Shown here piece after piece: positions 26,175 through 40,578 of a stretch of DNA of 64,000 nucleotides. Origin of the DNA: Chlorokybus atmophyticus (taxonomy: Eukaryota > Plantae > Mesostigma and Chlorokybus algae). The DNA is taken from positions 162,899 through 226,898 of the forward strand of contig RHPI01003169.1 of assembly GCA_009103225.1 (NCBI GenBank), written 5' to 3'. The notes below the pieces were generated by a model, which saw only the letters and a program-made list of their open reading frames with translations, made no database searches and was not told the DNA's origin. Both the position numbers and the translations under genes were made by a program. Position 1 is the first letter of the stretch; each line of letters opens with the position of its first letter.

Positions 26175-26699
26175 ACTTACAAGGTCTTCAAACCTCTGCA
26201 CAAGGAGAGTGGTGGACACTCGGGGACTGTGCACCGTGCAGCTTGCACGTGCGCCAATTGAGCGGCTTCATGTCGCTCTTCCGCGCGAGGCGTGTGCAGT
26301 GTATTGCGCGCTGGTGTGGGCTTTGGTTTCAGCTGCGGTGGCAGCCTTACTTTGTGGGCATTAGTGCAGATGACGTGGTGCTGGCGGTAGCGGTGTGAGG
26401 ACCACAACTATGTGCGGATGTGGAATGGGCAGGGGCGATGTGTGTGATATGCTAGGCCTGGTGATAGAACTTATAGCTAGACTTCACAACTGCAATATAT
26501 ACATTTTTATAATCTCGCTATATCTCTCATTACTAATACAGCAACATTTTGACACAAAGATATGTACTGTCATCCATGCCTATCACATTGCAAACGCACA
26601 CACACGCGCAGTGCGCAAGCACACGACGTCCGCTTCCGTCGTTGGCGCTACCGGCTACACCGGTCTCCAGCCTGAGTGCCGCCACGACCGCCGCCCCAC

Positions 26700-27100
26700 G
26701 CTCTAGGATAGTGATGCCCTGAGCACGCTACAGCGCGCAAGCCACGCGCTGCCTGCGCAAGGGCAAGTCACGTGCTGCCGGCGCCCTCGTAGTGCACGTG
26801 TTGATGACGTCGTGAAAACTTTCGCCTAGTGTCCCATGTATCCCGGCGGCCAAGGGATGGAAAGTGTCGATGGCGGGGTGATCGTGGTGTTTGCGCCGCT
26901 TCGCCTGCTCCGCCGCCATTGCTGCACCTCCTGGTTGCTCGCCGCACGCAGTGATGGTCACGTCAAGGAGCATGCGCGTATTGCGTGCTGATTTGGAGGC
27001 CACCAAGTTCACTCGTCTCCCCCTCGTCTCACCCGGCAGTAGGGGCATGAACCCACACTACTCCCTACTGACCAAAACACCTGCGTCACACATCACACCA
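26700..27100 (-). mobile_element. 3' remnant of a non-LTR retrotransposon with a restriction-like endonuclease (CRE-like)
   Basis: RRVNLV...LLDVTIT...AAMAAEQAKRRKH...TFHPLAAGIHGTLG...ACALQ resembles the RLE (R.D...DVT...E..K..KY...F.P...E..G.lG) C-terminal domain. Confidence 0.55.
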
Positions 27101-27517
27101 TATACCTCGTCGCGCAACGCGTTATGCGTTGCTGTGCGGCACCTCCCCAAGGGACAGAGTAGGTGCGCGCCCTCGGTAAGCTGTCTATACTCTTGTCGCA
27201 TGAACAAGTACGCATGCTAACATGTGCTTTGTGGACAGTGTGCAGTGTACAGAAAGTGAACTGTATTATTTCTTCAACAGCAGCACTGTGATACTGTGCT
27301 GCTGGCAAACAAATTTTGCCAGGACCCTGCAGTTGCACATACTGGATGAGAGTGAACAGTTCCATGTATCTTTCAACGAATTTCCATTATGCTGTTGCGC
27401 ACCGTATGCTAGAAGAACACATCGGAACGCAGTAACGCTGTATATTATCAGCACAGCAAGCAACACTGCAAGTAGCGACATGGTGCAGCTGTGCTTCTAC
27501 TAATAGCTATGGTCAAC

Positions 27518-30500
27518 TCATCTTGACGACAACTGCCTACTATGTCTTATTTGGCTGTCCAGCTCTACACTCCTGTTATGCTGACTCGATCGTGGTGACG
27601 CAGGGTTGCTTTTTGTGCTAGCTGCCCCATCACGATGAGGCCCAACAAGGCGTTTGATTGTACTCACCAGTAAACTAGCATTCACCGGTTTGCACAAGTA
27701 GTCATTCATGCCAACTTCCAAGCAGTGGTCCCGATCACTGGCCAAAGCATGTGCCTGCGAGTTGGGAGGAACATGTCAGGGTATGCAATTGGCAGACATG
27801 ACTCCGCAGTTGCTCAAGCAAAACGTTTCACACCGTGAGGGCAACAATCGGTGTCTGCTTCGGAGCATCCTTCTCAAGCTTCCTTATCTCTGCAGTAGCC
27901 TGGTAGCCGTCTTGCACAGGCATTGCGCAATCCATCTGTCATGCACATGGCATCATGTCAGATATACGCGGCTGCACCAGCATCCAAGATTGACCATAAG
28001 CCATACCAGTATGATGTCAAACGAGCGTTCTGTCACGGCAGCTACGGCCTGACTGCCATCATCGACCACTGCAACAGTCGCCCCCATTTTCTCCAGCATT
28101 GCACGGACCCACCGTTGATTCATGACATTGTCTGGAGTGGCATACCAAGAGTCAGTAACCTCAGCATAGTTAATCTGTCGGAGAGTCAGCACGGGCATCC
28201 TTGCTAGTATGATGTACCTTCTGCCACAAGGATGCGGCATTCCCTGAGAGCGTTGGGGTCAAGGCGACTACCGGAGGGCTTTGTAGTGGCGGGGCTGGAA
28301 TGCACAATGGCTGGCGATCGATCGGGGGAAGGCTGTGATGATACTGACGGGGGCCCAGGATCGGAATGTTCTGAGGTACTCAGATTCACCTGCAGTGCCT
28401 GTGGCGCTCGCAGGCCACCTTTCTTCTCAGGCTGTTCATGATGTGACTGCAGCAATTGTTTGCCTGACTGCTCGCCTGGCAACAGCGGCAACGGCTGCAT
28501 GGTTGCTGGCAGCTCAGCAACCAGCCCGCCAGCTTGCGACGGGTCTCGCCCATCTGGCGCATCTGCTGTCGCATCGGCATCTGGCATCAGTTCTTTCAAG
28601 CAACCAGGAGGTCGGTCATTTGCCAGAGGACTTGAGTCTGCTACCCAGCGTTCCAGCAACTCCATCATTCGCAGCAGGTGCAACGGCTTGTTGATAACAA
28701 CCGCTCGCTTGCCAAGACCCCTGTACAATGCCTGCACACAAACAGCAGTGAGTGACAATTACTAAGGCTCCAACAAAAGAGGCTGGTCCAGCGGTAGGCA
28801 CTGCGAAAGGCGCGCGGGCTTGATCTCACCTTGCGCAGCACACTAGGCGATGTGAAAGAGATGAGGAACGCCATGCAGGTTTCCTCAGGGACGACTTTGG
28901 CGAGCTCAACAACTGCTTCTGTAATGGTGTCAACACCATCTTTACTAGTACCTATCAGCCTAGGCTCAACGGCCAGAAGACATTTGCCTTGCAACAGGCT
29001 TGTCTGCCTCAGCATGTCCTGTCACAACATAATCATATCAGAACCCAAGGCCAAAGGCAATGATTGTGACAAACTTGATGGGGACTCAGCATTAAGGTTG
29101 AGCCACTTACTTCCCAAGTGGAGGCCTGCAGCACTAGCAGACCCTGATTCCTCAGCCACTCAGCAGTCACGCTGAGACTGATTGGGTGTTGCATAGCCAA
29201 GAGAATCTGTGACAGCAAACAAGATGAGACGCTGCAGCAGGAGAGAGACAACCGCCATTCATCACAGGCGCCAGTTCAAGGTGATGTTGCTCACTTGCTG
29301 ACCGGCAACAGCGGCCGGTATCTTGCTTCTTTGGATGGTGTGCACTGTATCCGCAGACTCGCTGACAATGCCCAGCGTTAGCTGAAATGCCATCCTGCCG
29401 ACAAAGAAACAACTGTTGAGGTTGGATGCAATCAAAGAAGGAACCATGTATGACAGGAAAGGCACAATGTGAGCTTCAACAGACTGATGACAATCCATAT
29501 CAACCCAAACTTACAATGTTCCAGGTCCATCTTTATCTACAATGTTGATGCTGCCGTCCATCAACGCAACCAGCGAGCGCGCAATGCCCAGCCCAAGGCC
29601 TGTTCCACCATAGCTGCGGTGAAGGTCAGGAGAGGTTAGCCATAACGATCACACTTGTGAGAAGAAAAAGCAGAAGTAGCATAACACCCCTTGTATGCCC
29701 CCATTAAGCTGCACTGTCTACATACTTGCGAGTTGTGGAGTTGTCTGCCTGCACAAAACTCTCAAACACCTTTGCCCGTTGACTGTGAGGTATGCCAACG
29801 CCAGTATCGTCGACCTGCCAAGCACTCAAGGTGACGAGGGGCCACAAATAGGACAGACTGTAGCAGCCAACGGAAACGGCAATCAAGGGGGTACCTCAAA
29901 GTACACAGTGACTCGTTGCTTTTCCAGATCTTCATGCATCTTGTGGCCTCGAACCATGATATATCCCGCTTGCGTAAACTTCACAGCTGCCAGGCATTCT
30001 GTCAGCAACCATGGCAATAAATGATACCATGATTTCGCAAAACCCAACTTACAGTTGCTGAGCAGGTTGGTGAAGATCTGCCGGATGCGCATGGAGTCCC
30101 CAAGCATGCATGGTGGAATGTTATCTGCACCACAGACTCAGATGTCAGAGAGGCTCAAGCACTACCTTGAACAAGATGAAAGCACACGTGGCAACTTAAA
30201 GCCAATCCAGTGCATCACCTGACAGTTGCAGAATCAGCTCAACATTCTTTGCATCCGTTTGCACCGCAAACAAGTCCACCACAGCTGAGATTTCCTGCAC
30301 AACGTCAACGTGTGCAAGGTCCAAAACCATTCTCCCACTTTCGACCTTGCCGATATCCAAGATATCATTAAGAATCTGCAGGAGTTCGGAAGCACATCGC
30401 TGCACATGGGTCACTGTTGCCCGTTGATCTAGTGACAGGGCGTCTGCCAGTAGAACTTCAAGAAAGCCGAGAATGCCAGCTGCAACACCACATGCCGTAA

Positions 30501-33268
30501 GCGTCACCACCAAATATGGCAACCGTATCAGCAGGAAAGGTACATCTAGTCACTCAGAGGGTGGAATTACCCATGGGTGTCCGTAGCTCATGCGACATGT
30601 TCAGTAAGAAGGCCGACTTGATTCGACTGGACTCCTCTGCCCGCATCTTCGCTTGAAACAGTTCTGGACACAACAACAAGCCGTCATTGCCATGTAGCGG
30701 ACAGATCTTTGCCAGATTGCAAGAGCAAGCACAACTCATATGAGGAGTGTTGCACTATACACTATATACCTGCATTGAGCTCTTGCAACTCCCGCAGCTT
30801 GTTTGCGCGTTCATTTGAGACGCTAGCAGTGAACAACACCGTCAAAATAACGCTGATGACAAAGATGCCGAAGGCCACACCCGCAATGACGGCCACCACA
30901 ATTTTGCCTGTCATATGAAAGGTTGTGAACATCAGCCCGCGGCCTGGGAGCGCGCTTGCATATGAACCGGAATTGAAAGCTTACCATTGTGGTCGAATTG
31001 GCCAAGAATGGAAGCACGTGGTAGCACCGTTACCACCACAATCCCCAACTGTGGAAGAGCACAAGGGCACGCAGTGAGACAATGCCCAAAACCAAGGTTG
31101 CAGTGCAAACAAGTGAGTAAACCTGTGTAACCACTTACATCATAGAATGCGGCAGATCCAAAATCAATGTAGTAGGACTGGTTGTCAATTATAATTCCAT
31201 CCAAGAAAGTCTCGTTTGCGTCCTGTGAGCACACAGCAAAAAAGAGTAAGATCATGCCTTGAGAAAAGCTTACTAACAGTAGCGCACACACACTCACAGC
31301 GGTACACATGCACCAACCTTCAGTCCATCAAGCGTGTATCTGTGCTCAAGGTATTCGGCAGCCTGACGCACAACCCTGTCCTCACTGCTGGTTGCAGGTA
31401 TTCGAACATCGACCCCACCGACAGATGATGTTGTAGCCCCATGACTCGAAGCTATCAGAAGGCCGTCACCACTCATGACAAACATCTTGCCATTCAGATC
31501 AATTAGGCTTTGTAATGAACGGATGTATGTGCTGATAAACTCGAGGGACACAGTCGCCCCAGTGATGCCTAACACAAAACCGTCCCCGTTTTTGATGGTA
31601 GAGGCAATTAGCAGCAGGGTGGTGTTGAGGGTTGGCGACGCAACTATTGAAACGGAAACATTGGTGTCGCCAGTGAGCGATGACTGCCACCAATCTTGGC
31701 CTTCAAGTGTTGTCAGCGTACTACTCGCATTAGAATCGCGCCTCAGCAGCTGCGCTGCCCGCCCTCGCGCATCCACCTCAAATCGATTCGATGTCGCACC
31801 ATTTGCAGTGATATTGTACACAAGTAGCTGGTAGTTGGTGGGATCGGTGCCAGAGTAAAGAAAGCCCAAACCTTCCAGGGTTGCAATGCCAAACGCCAGA
31901 GATGTATTACTGCTTATGAAGTAGGACCAGCACACCTTCTCTCCAATAGTGCGCACACTTCCCCAGGAGATGTCCGGCAGCAAAGACCCAAGGGTGTAAG
32001 CAGCGGTCGACACATCTTGGCTTGCACTCTGCAAGGGCGGCAAAATTAGCGCAACTGAACAACACCACCACTGTACCAAGGCCGCGAACTGCAGCTTACC
32101 ACTAACAGGTTCTGTATGCGAGATTCTGTGCGTTGCAGGATAGAACGCCGCAGGAGAAAAGAAACTTCATTGACAGCACTTCTGGCGTAGCGTTGTGTGT
32201 ACAACCACGTCAATATCGTCACGACGGCGATGATCACAGCCAGTAGAAGCTGCAGACATTGAGAATAAGTTTCACTTACCACAGGTAAGTTCCCGCTGCA
32301 GCTATTGGCACTTTCAACAAGCTAATCACACAATGCAAGCATGCAAAACTGACCAGAGCACCAACAAGACGCAGCACCTCCTCATCTATGTCCAAGAAGT
32401 AAAGCAAGAACAGTCAATTGGTCGAGCTGTATACTACGTCAGGCTCGTTCCAATTGACACATCATGTTGCAAATGACACCTCAAAGGCAGAGCATTCAAT
32501 GTGAATCCAACACAACCCAAATGTCATACCCGCAAGTCTGGACTGCCGAAACCCAATCCATGCACAACACAACAAATGCAGCATGCCAGCCCCTTCCCTC
32601 GAAAACGTGAGCGGGTGGGGGAAGGGCAACGACCACTGCGTAATGGCTAAGTCAGTTGTGAAGCTGCAACTTCAATGAGCTGGAGCGCTACATCTGGACA
32701 GCTGCGCACCGGAAACTTACTGGCCAGACCTCAACTGTTAGCTAGATGAGTATGAAGTTTGCGCTTCACAACTAAGTTGGCCATCAGTTCTGAAGCTCAA
32801 ACTGCACAGCCGATTTTGCACCCTGCGCTAGGTCCAGTGGTCAGCCATTGTAGTTGAGGACACCTAACTGGACAGAACGCTGAATGTCAAGGGGCCGATC
32901 AACACGTCGACACCTATCACCAAAGCGGCTCCAGCTCTACGAGCAATGCACACATCGGTTGAAGCCGCTGCTACAGAGCTAAATGCCGTGCGGATGTGAG
33001 TACAAACGGCAAGTATACAGCACTCGACAACGCCGTGGATTGAACGGCAATGCTGACAGCTTTGATACTTGTGCCATGGACGTACCATAATGGTCACCCT
33101 TGACATTAAAACGGGGTTTCTGAACCGCTTGCGGCCGCAGCAGCGCCAAGACTCCTCGTCCATCATGTCGCGCCTGGTCAAGCGGCGAAAGCCCTTACCC
33201 ATGCCCTTGGCGTCGACAGAGTCTTCACAATCAGCTGAATCTACACTCTTCCAAATGTGGTGCGCCAT
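27518..33268 (-). CDS. Membrane hybrid histidine kinase, AHK1-like (TM-extracellular sensor-TM-HisKA-HATPase-pseudo-REC-REC); about 1123 aa
   Basis: 19 GT-AG exons with consistent phases: 33268-33086, 32249-32100, 32028-31318, 31222-31139, 31048-30985, 30907-30770, 30651-30571, 30479-30219, 30124-30053, 29986-29895, 29814-29726, 29613-29515, 29394-29295, 29206-29111, 29003-28830, 28731-28218, 28131-28007, 27935-27834, 27754-27518. Motifs: H-box MSHELRTP, N-box [37 protein letters not shown] and DYLCKP. The start codon is uncertain. Confidence 0.9.
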
Positions 33269-35022
33269 CCGGGCAGACCTGCTAGGCTTTCAACACGCCG
33301 GGAGCTACCCAGCACGGCGCGGCCCCATGATGCGTCCCCACGCATGCCCCTCATCACCGGGCCATCAAATCAGCCACAACCTCCCGCACCACACCGACCC
33401 CTGTCCCCGCTCCGGCCCGCTCCGCCGGCCCTCCCGCTCCACACAGCCCCGCCGCCAATCAAGCCCTAAACACTTCCGGGCACGTCCAGCCCGGCGTCGT
33501 CGTCCAGCTCAGGCGGGGTGGGCTAGCTCAAGAGCAACTTGATCCGGCTCCAGATGTCGTCCAACGCCTCGCCGCCCGCCACCCTGACCACCTCCTCCTC
33601 TTCCTCCGCCGCCGCCGCCGCTTGCACTGACGCGTTGGGCTTCAACTCAGCGGCCCAGCAGCCTACGCGGGCGTAGGTACGGCCGTAGCTCAGGGCGTTG
33701 GGAGGCAGAGCAGCTGTTAGGCTTGCGCGAACGTGAGTTGTGGGAGGAGAAAGGGTGAGCAGTTACGACGCACGAATAGGAAGGCGAACTAACGCTGCGT
33801 TGCCTGCGGACGTGCGGCTGCGGTCATCGAGCGAAGGGTCTCGTGCGGCACGCCCGTCGGAATGCAATGTACGCAATCGTAAACCGAATCGCGCATGTAT
33901 CTTCGGTGCCGCAGGTTTCTGCGCGATAATGCCGATTCTGCACCGCGTTCTCGGTTGCAATTAAATACAGCAGCCGTTGGATAGGAATCAAAGTAGTCCA
34001 GGGACATTTGCCTGGAGTCCATGTCATCACGCCCTTGCCCTCCCGCACATGCTGACGCCCATGAGAATGTAAGAATATAAACTTCCCTAACCTCTACGTG
34101 CTGCAAAACATGATTGATTGAGAAATGGCGGTCGATTGACTCCCCCTGTTGGTTAAGTGACACTTCAACGAAGCAGTTATCTGTCAGTGCGAGTCGACGC
34201 CCGTACGTGTCGGGCACGACACCGACGTTGCAACTACTCTACTCCTAGCTGCCCGGCGCGGATATCTTCGAGGCCTACACAGTACGTCTTCCAACTAGCC
34301 TGTACGGTGCCTGTGGTACAGGCTGTAGGCCTAGCCTAGGCCCACTGCGCAAGTAGCCCGCGGCGCGTGCAAGCCTTCGAGCCACCAATTAGCTATCCGT
34401 ACCCTTGATTGTAAATCAGCTATCCCTGTTGCCTTTGGGATTGATTGTCTCCGTATCATGCAATCAGTGTGCCGGGTTGCACCCTTGCAGGACACACCAG
34501 TAGCCAAGCCTGGTGTTATTACTTGAAGCCACGGTTTCGGGAGACGAAACTCGCAAGTCAATGAACTGTTCAATGCTGTCCTGTGTTTCGGTTCTTACTT
34601 GCCTGTCGCGCCGAGCCCACCTCAACGCGTGCCGCAGGGGCGCAGGCAGGGATTCGCATGCCGGGGATACGCTGTCGCAATGCTGATTCAGGATGATTGA
34701 TGGGTGCTCATTATGTGGCATGTCCGACGACGCGAGGCTGTGAAGTTCGTAGTGTGAACCTCCTATCAATGCCTGTACACAATGTGATTCAAATACAGGT
34801 ACACATTGTGACAACACATGCTCAACACCACACTGTTGATCAAGGTCCGTGTGCATGCAAGTGCAAATCACTACCGGTATGAACACTGCCAGTATAATTC
34901 ATACTCAATATATTTTGCGCTATACTGCAGTGCAGATTGATGGCGATATGCTTTAAATGCACATGGCATAATGACTTGTTTACGTATGTTATCACTCAAT
35001 ACTCTCGTTGTATTCGATATAA

Positions 35023-35700
<678 letters not shown>

Positions 35701-36039
35701 AGATACGTCATCGGCGTCGGATGACGTCTCAATGCAGACAATTGACCCGTCGGAGGTTACAGTTGACACAGTAACCGGAGCGGCTCCGGTTACTTTACCA
35801 ACTGTAACCCAACGGCGGCAGGTTGCTGCCAGGGAGTCGCTGTAATTCCGCCCACATGCACTTATACAGTAAAGTTATACACAGTATATTGCTGTTTCAA
35901 CAATGTGATATCGTTTGTAACGTGTACATAATCATGAAGCGAACGTATTGTTCACATATGTGTAAAGTATGATATCATGTAGTAAAGGTCATATTGTGTA
36001 TGTCATAACATTAAAACTTTATGATAAGTGTTGATAGTA

Positions 36040-36330
36040 TTGTGGAAATATTTATCATCAACACATGCATACATATATATGCGAGCATATATCCACATAC
36101 GCATGTGAATGTAATTACACATGAGTACATATGCACATGTGTACATATGCATATTAAGATGTACATATACGTACATATACATATATAGACGTATATGTAC
36201 ATGTGTATCTGTATGAATTCGTGTATTTTTATAGATTCACATATATATGTATATATATGTGTATGCATACACATATATATGTATATATATGTGTATGCAT
36301 ACACATGTGTATGTACACATGTATACATGG
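36040..36330. repeat. TA/CA-rich low-complexity tract
   Basis: Degenerate (TA)n/(TATG)n. Confidence 0.8.
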
Positions 36331-37187
36331 CGTGTCGCATGATCTAGGGGGAGAATTCGTGGATAGAAATGTTCATGAAACGCGCTAATTTTGGCAATCT
36401 CGCAACATCTGCTGCCACCATGTTTATGAACCTTGCCTCGCGACGGGCACGCTGTTGTCAATATTTTGCCAACTACTGTATGTTATTGGCATGGGTTACT
36501 ATGTTACAATGGTGCATTTACTCTGTTGTCAATACTTTACCAACTACTCTATGTGACTGGCATGAGTTACCACGTTACAACGCACATGGTGCTTCACTCT
36601 GTTGTATGATCTATGCCATAGTTGCGCGATGCGCAATACAATTACAAATACAAAACGACATAACATAAACATAAGTATGCTATAATAATTTTACCCATTT
36701 AAGAACAAATAATATATGTTTCGATTGGGATAAATTATGACAGCCCTCACTCATGGTAGTGTCTTTAATACCATAGCCTGGTGGTCAGGCCCCAATTGTC
36801 ACAGCGCACTCGACCACAAAAGGCTTGGTGCTTTTATGGTCGATTTGTGGTTATCAAATGCCTTCCCGTTACATTCCCCCCCACTTAAGAATGCTGACGT
36901 CCTCGGCAGCTGGCGCCCATCAGCTGGGGAATCATCCCAGGGGTTTGATTTAGGGTCGGTCACAGGCCCCACCACCCAAGGACCGGCCAATGTAGGCCCA
37001 TACCGGTCAACGCGCGTATAGTGCGCCGCTGCCGGCCCCACAGGTCGCGTCCCGCCGCGCCGACTGAACTGAACTGGTCAGTTCGGCGCGACTGCCATTA
37101 GGCAAGTCGCGACCCATCGATGATGGCACTTATAAAGTGATCAATTACGATGTTATTGGATCGAGAAACAACGACCGCGGAATTCGT

Positions 37188-37260
37188 GTGCAAGGCAGGA
37201 ATCGAACCCGGGTCTCCAGCTCCGATGACCAATGTCACCCACTCGACCACAAAAGACTTG
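37188..37260 (-). mobile_element. tRNA-derived SINE head or tRNA pseudogene with Pol III A and B boxes
   Basis: Minus strand: TGGTCGAGTGG (A box, 37249-37239) and GGTTCGATTCC (B box, 37208-37198). Acceptor and anticodon stems do not pair. A partial second copy lies near 36805-36880. Confidence 0.65.
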
Positions 37261-40200
37261 GCGCTTGGATTTGTGGTTATTCAATGCCTTCCCGTTACAC
37301 CAATTGCTACAAATACAATTCAGATACGATTGTTACATGAAATGCATTGCATTACATGCTAACAATGATGATGACAAGTTGCAATGTATGCAACCATTCC
37401 TAAGCTAAAACACCTTATCACAGCCGCCGCATGCAGCGCAATTTTAATGAAGTGTGTACACACGAACCATATAAGTGTCATTCATTAATAGCATCATGTA
37501 AGCACCAAAATTTTTAATGGGATATTATTTTCATTGGCATTTAGATAGTACTTTTGATAGGCAAATACAACTGTGAAATATTTGTATTATCAAGCCGAGT
37601 TTAGTAGTATGATGCAATTAAATAATGTGTTAACAGCAAGCATTTGTTGTTTATAATATGCATGTTTTAACGATTATCAATTACATGGTTATGCCACTGG
37701 TGTTGACAAGCGTTTGCCAACACGCACAACCTGTTGTTATGCATACGCATACTGTTGTTTGATTTTTGAAACCTATTATGAAAGTGTTGTGCCTATCATA
37801 CATGCACATCGTTGGGCTGTCAATAAACCACTTCGAGAAGTCGGCGCCGTCGCGGTTCTCTATCGCGCCTCCATTGCCGTCGCGGCTGTGTTGCCCCATC
37901 TTTGATATATTTTATTAATTATTGTCGTCACAACGCCTATTTCGCGGCATTTCCTGACATCGTCAGGAAGGTAAACGCGTTGATGGCGATATCAGAAAGG
38001 CGAATCGCATTACCATCGCGATCCAATCTTTGCAACGCCGCGTTCCAGTCGGAACGCCAAGGCAGCTTTCCTTCCTTAAATAAACGCGTTGTCGACGTGT
38101 CGGGCGAGACTGGTCGTGTGCAGTTATCGTTGACAGTTGGTTTCTCGCCGTCGGTGACCTATGCCATCGACATAAAGCTGCACAAAGCACCTTTTTCGAT
38201 GCCTGACGACGCAGCCCAGCACCGACAGTCAACGATGACATACACAAGATGGGACTGACCACAAACCGTGCTTTTCCCTTATTTAAGGTTTTCACCTTGA
38301 CATCTGATTATATGACCTTAGATTGGTCAATTCTATGCCAAGCTCCATTGGTTCTTTGGTTTATGCTTATTAAGACTCTTATGAATCTCATGTAAGTTAT
38401 GTAAGCTATGAGTCCCAATGGGCGATGTTCACGAGTCTTACCATATTAAATCAATATTAACCAGATTGGTTAAAGCTATGGCTGATATCAAGAGGTGGGG
38501 AAGTTTTTTCCCACGACAATTGCGGCGGCGGCGTGGGTAGGGTTATTGGCGTGGGTAATGGGTGGAGGATTGAAGAGGAGTTTAACTTTCTCCCTCTACA
38601 TTTGGTATTGGAGCTAGGTCCTCTTGTGGGTGGACCTTATTGTGGTGATGCAGCGTCGCCATTCACATCCTGCAGGGCGAGAGCCTGGCAAGCCATGGCG
38701 CAGTAGGTGGCCACCTACTGCGCAGCCTACTGCGCAACCTCCTGCTGCGCAACCTGCTACGACGCAGCAGGTACTATCGCATCATCAACCGCCGGACTGA
38801 CCGCCGCGCGTCAGTTCCTCCTACCCCCTGCAGTCGACCGCCGTCAGGCCGACGGCAACGAAAGCTGGCAAGTGTCCACGACCAACCAGACTTTCAACCT
38901 AAACACGTGATTACTTAGCGTGTAGGTTGCTTTGTGCTAATCTGGCCCCTCTCCCTTGTGGGGAGGTGGATGTGCATGAGTATTTGCTGGCTGGCTTGCA
39001 TTGTGTGCGTATTTGTGCACATTTATTAGCAAAGAAAGCCTCTCGAGATAATCCCCTCATTCATTGAGGGAGCCTGTCGAATATTCCGCAACGCTGCAGC
39101 ACAGCACTTAGCCATCAAGTTGCTTTGCTTTGCAACGCAATAGGTGACAATACTCACTCACGCGTTAACACCGTTCTTTAAGTGGCACTATACTCCATAT
39201 TATAGCACGAGCAGCCTTTAGCATAAAACTTGTTGTCAATTGTTGCAAGCTTTGCTTGCACAGCATTATACTTACAAGCTGCATTGCTATGTTCAGACAT
39301 GGCAAAAGGCAAGTAAAGGAAAACACCTCAGGGCACTGAAAGCCCTCTGCTTACCGCTACGCAAGTAGAGAGGCAAACGGATGATATAGTTGACCCACAA
39401 GATGAGGTTGAAGGGGCCATTCTCCTTGAGCTCACTAAGCAAGATCGTCTCCTCCGCAATTTACCCTACTCAGTGGGGAGGCGAAAGCATTTTGTAGGTG
39501 ATGTACAAAGGCACCATGTTGTTTATAAACAGATTGACAACTTTGAACCCGCTAGGCAACAGCGCTTTACACCTAATGTAGAGACGCGGTTGAAAGAAGT
39601 TAAACAGGGGGCGACCCCATTTAAGTTGCCTGCAGATCCTGCTCAGATTGTGCATGTTGATGTCAATGAGCCTGGGGAGAAAACTACACAGCAACCACCT
39701 GCACCAGCAGCTACTAACACTACTTGAAAAAAGGGAGCTCAACAGGGCAAACCTTTTGTGTTGCAACCCACTGAGCCCACCATTAAAATCATGCACAATT
39801 TACTGCGTGTTTTTGAAGCTGCTTCCAATGGCCCGCGTTGCGCTATCAAATCCTTGGCACAGTATTGTCGCTTGGGAAGCATTGGCGCGAGGCATTACTT
39901 TTAGATTGGAGAATGCAGAGTCATTGATCTCTCAACAAGTGACGGCGTTATGTTTTGCGCCCGCCACGAGCACTATGTTTGCTAATGCCAAAATGGCATT
40001 GGTCAAGCCACCCAAGTTTAATCCCAATAACAGGAAGAGTATTGTCATGGTGTAACAGTCGAGGCCAAGTTTCACAATTTTTGGACCTTGTTTGGCCCAT
40101 TTATCGAGCACCACGTTGTCAGGACTTGTGACAGATATCGGCGAGCTATGAGTCTGCCGCGGATATCGACCGGGGCCCCAGGACAGGAGTCCGGAAGGTG

Positions 40201-40578
40201 CCAGAAAACGGAGGGCCAATCGAGAAGGGCTCGACCCGATTTCAAGAAGGGCCAGGCGCCAAGTAGTATAACTTGACCATATGAGCACCTAATCAAGAGA
40301 TCTTTGTTGCGTAAGAAAGGTCTAGAAGTATAGTAAAAGGTTGTGCAATGACATCTTAGCATCTAGTTTTGCGTAGCACGAGAATTGTCTAGACGTAGCA
40401 TGTGCAGACTGGTAGGTATAAAAGCGACATTCTACAATGTGCAATACAACCTTTAGCTCCCTAGTTTCTTGTGTGCAAGCTTGATGGTGGTTAGCAAGAT
40501 TTACTAGCGTGTGTGCACTAGTGTGTGCTTGCTTGTGTGACGATCCAAGGCGCTACACAAGTCGGTGTGTAGCTTCGA

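Noticed and set aside
36011-36461. Tyr/Ile/His/Cys-rich ORFs
   Set aside because: Translations of TA/CA low-complexity DNA.
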